Below are positions 20,316 to 22,009 of a DNA stretch of 22,009 nt, piece by piece (position 1 is the stretch's first letter; each line of letters starts with the position of its first letter). The translations under genes were made by a program, and so were the position numbers. This DNA is from Octopus sinensis. Taxonomy: Eukaryota. The DNA lies in the NCBI RefSeq assembly GCF_006345805.1, contig NW_021823630.1:1-22009 (forward strand), read 5' to 3'. A model generated the notes under the pieces. It did not search any database. It saw nothing but the letters and a program-made list of their open reading frames with translations, and was not told where the DNA came from.

Positions 20316-20849
20316 GAAAACAATTGCAGCGTGGAAGGTGTTGATAAGCCATTTAAAAACACACACAAAAACCGTTAGATTCACTTCAACCTTTAAATTT
20401 AATTGGAGTCAAAATATTCTCGTCTTTGAGACTGCGACCTGTTCACTGACAAAATACCTATTTCTTTACTACCCACAAAATACCTATTTCTTTACTACCC
20501 ACAAGGGGCTAAACACAAAGGGGACAAAACAAGGACAGACAAAGGGATTAAGTCAATTACATCGACCCCAGTGCATAATTTATCGACCCCGAAAGGATGA
20601 AAAGCAAAGTCGACTTCGGCGGAATTTGAACTCAGAACGCAACGGCAGCCAAAATACTGCTCTGCATTCCGGCCGGCGTGCCAACGATTCTGCCAGCTCG
20701 CCGCCCTTCTCTGACAAAATACCGTGCAGCGTGGAATTTTGACAAAGCGACGAAAATATTTTGGCAAATTGAATTTAAATGTTGAAGTGAATCTGTGTGT
20801 GTGTGGTTTTAAGTGGCTTATAAACACCTTCCATGCTGCAATCGTTTTC
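20316..20849. mobile_element. Fold-back element (arms 20316-20428 and 20743-20849) interrupted by a SINE
   Basis: gaaaacaattgcagcgtggaaggtgttgataagccatttaaaa...agattcacttcaacctttaaattt is the rc of the right arm, with a few substitutions and indels. Confidence 0.85.
20459..20706 (-). mobile_element. Full-length SINE family B with 13-bp target-site duplication
   Basis: The rc starts ggcggcgagctggcagaatcgttggcacgcc, with B-box-like gagttcaaattcc. ctgacaaaatacc is repeated at 20446-20458 and 20711-20723. A 26-bp tandem duplication lies at the 3' end (20451-20502). Confidence 0.92.
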
Positions 20850-20924
20850 AAGTAAAATTGTTAAATTAATCACTGTTTCTGGTTAAATCATTGAGGCAGC
20901 CTCCAACTGATTTCAGCAAAATCA

Positions 20925-20945
20925 ACAGCAGCAGCAACAGCAGCG

Positions 20946-21030
<85 letters not shown>

Positions 21031-21034
21031 TAGT

Positions 21035-21096
<62 letters not shown>

Positions 21097-21119
21097 GTGG
21101 TGGTGGTGGTGGTGGTGGT
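20925..21119. repeat. Compound (AGC)n/(AGT)n/(GGT)n array
   Basis: Direct reading. Confidence 0.96.
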
Positions 21120-21386
21120 AGGGAGGAGAGGGTAGGAGGAGGAGAAATATCGATGTTATGAGATTTGCCAGCGAATAAAACACTTCAAGAGCGCGAAGGC
21201 GATGAGGTTTGACAAGGCTTTCAACTGGCAGCGAGCAAACGTTGCAGCGCTTGGTTTATTGCCCTGTTGAGTGAATGTTGAGTGAAGCGGAAGTGTATGT
21301 TGGTGTGGCGGAGAGAGATGAGTGTGTGTGAGAGAGGTGAATGTGTCTATGTGTAATGTATCTTTGTATATATGCACACTGTACGA

Positions 21387-21420
<34 letters not shown>

Positions 21421-21820
21421 TATTACAATATATATATATATTATAATAGGATTAGCTCGATACGAGTAGGTATATATTTGTAAAAAATGAAGTTCGAAAA
21501 GCTGCTGTATTATACAATTTTTAATTTTTATATATACATTATAAACATGTTTCAGTTCCTGAAATGAACCTTATCAAAAAAAGTTATATATAAAAAAAGA
21601 GACAGCTCATGCCGTCAAAACACAAGAAATCATTTATAATACACAACGGAGTCAGACATCTTAGAGTTCATGTATAGTTGATATATAGTCATGTATAGTT
21701 GATATATAGTTTGAAGTATATGTTCAAAGTGTTCGATGCAGTGGGCCCACGGTGGCGATACGTATTCAATACAAAAAACAGATCAAAGACAGGGGGCAGA
21801 TCTAATGTAGCATAGTCGTG

Positions 21821-22001
21821 ATTGGGCAGAATCTGGATGACGTCCCGCTATGCTTGACTAACGAAGCGACTGGTCAAGACAGGGAAACCAAACAAGAGGG
21901 AGTTATAATGCAGCGATTGGTGTCAAAATAATGATGACGTCCCGTTCCACGTGATTAAAGCCACTCTAACGAAACGATTGGTCAAAACATTGATGACGTC
22001 A
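21821..22001. promoter_or_regulatory. Cluster of reverse CCAAT boxes each paired with a CRE/ATF site
   Basis: ATTGG at 21821, 21916 and 21977 (ACTGG variant at 21869). TGACGTC at 21838, 21935 and 21994 (the last is a full TGACGTCA). CACGTG at 21948. Confidence 0.5.
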
Positions 22002-22009
22002 CGCTACGC

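Noticed and set aside
21668-21710. CRISPR-like or functional direct repeats (21-bp pair here; 20-bp at 15824; 26-bp at 20451)
   Set aside because: Two adjacent units without spacers in eukaryotic DNA; simple tandem duplications.

Overview
AT-rich, microsatellite-saturated eukaryotic DNA. The SINE repertoire and the huge (TACA)n, (TA)n and (TAA)n arrays point to an octopus or related coleoid cephalopod genome (inference from repeat sequences, not searched). Almost all ORFs in the supplied track are microsatellite translation artefacts. Supportable content: (i) three different 5'-truncated non-LTR retrotransposon fragments with a restriction-like endonuclease (R4/Dong-like), all on the minus strand, two abutting (TAA)n arrays and one embedded in a (CATA)n array; (ii) a 5'-truncated L1/Tx1-type ORF2 C-terminus plus 3' UTR, whose last ~41 nt match the 3' tail of a tRNA-derived SINE elsewhere in the window; (iii) a Penelope-like remnant with inverted termini and a minimal hammerhead-ribozyme-like motif; (iv) many tRNA-derived SINE copies of three families; (v) three unrelated long fold-back palindromes; (vi) a probable host-gene exon on + (17796-17991) followed by an ambiguous microexon / 24-nt intron-like / stop-readthrough segment (18357-18512); (vii) a clustered CCAAT+CRE module at the window end. 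There is no complete gene, rRNA, bona fide tRNA or CRISPR array.
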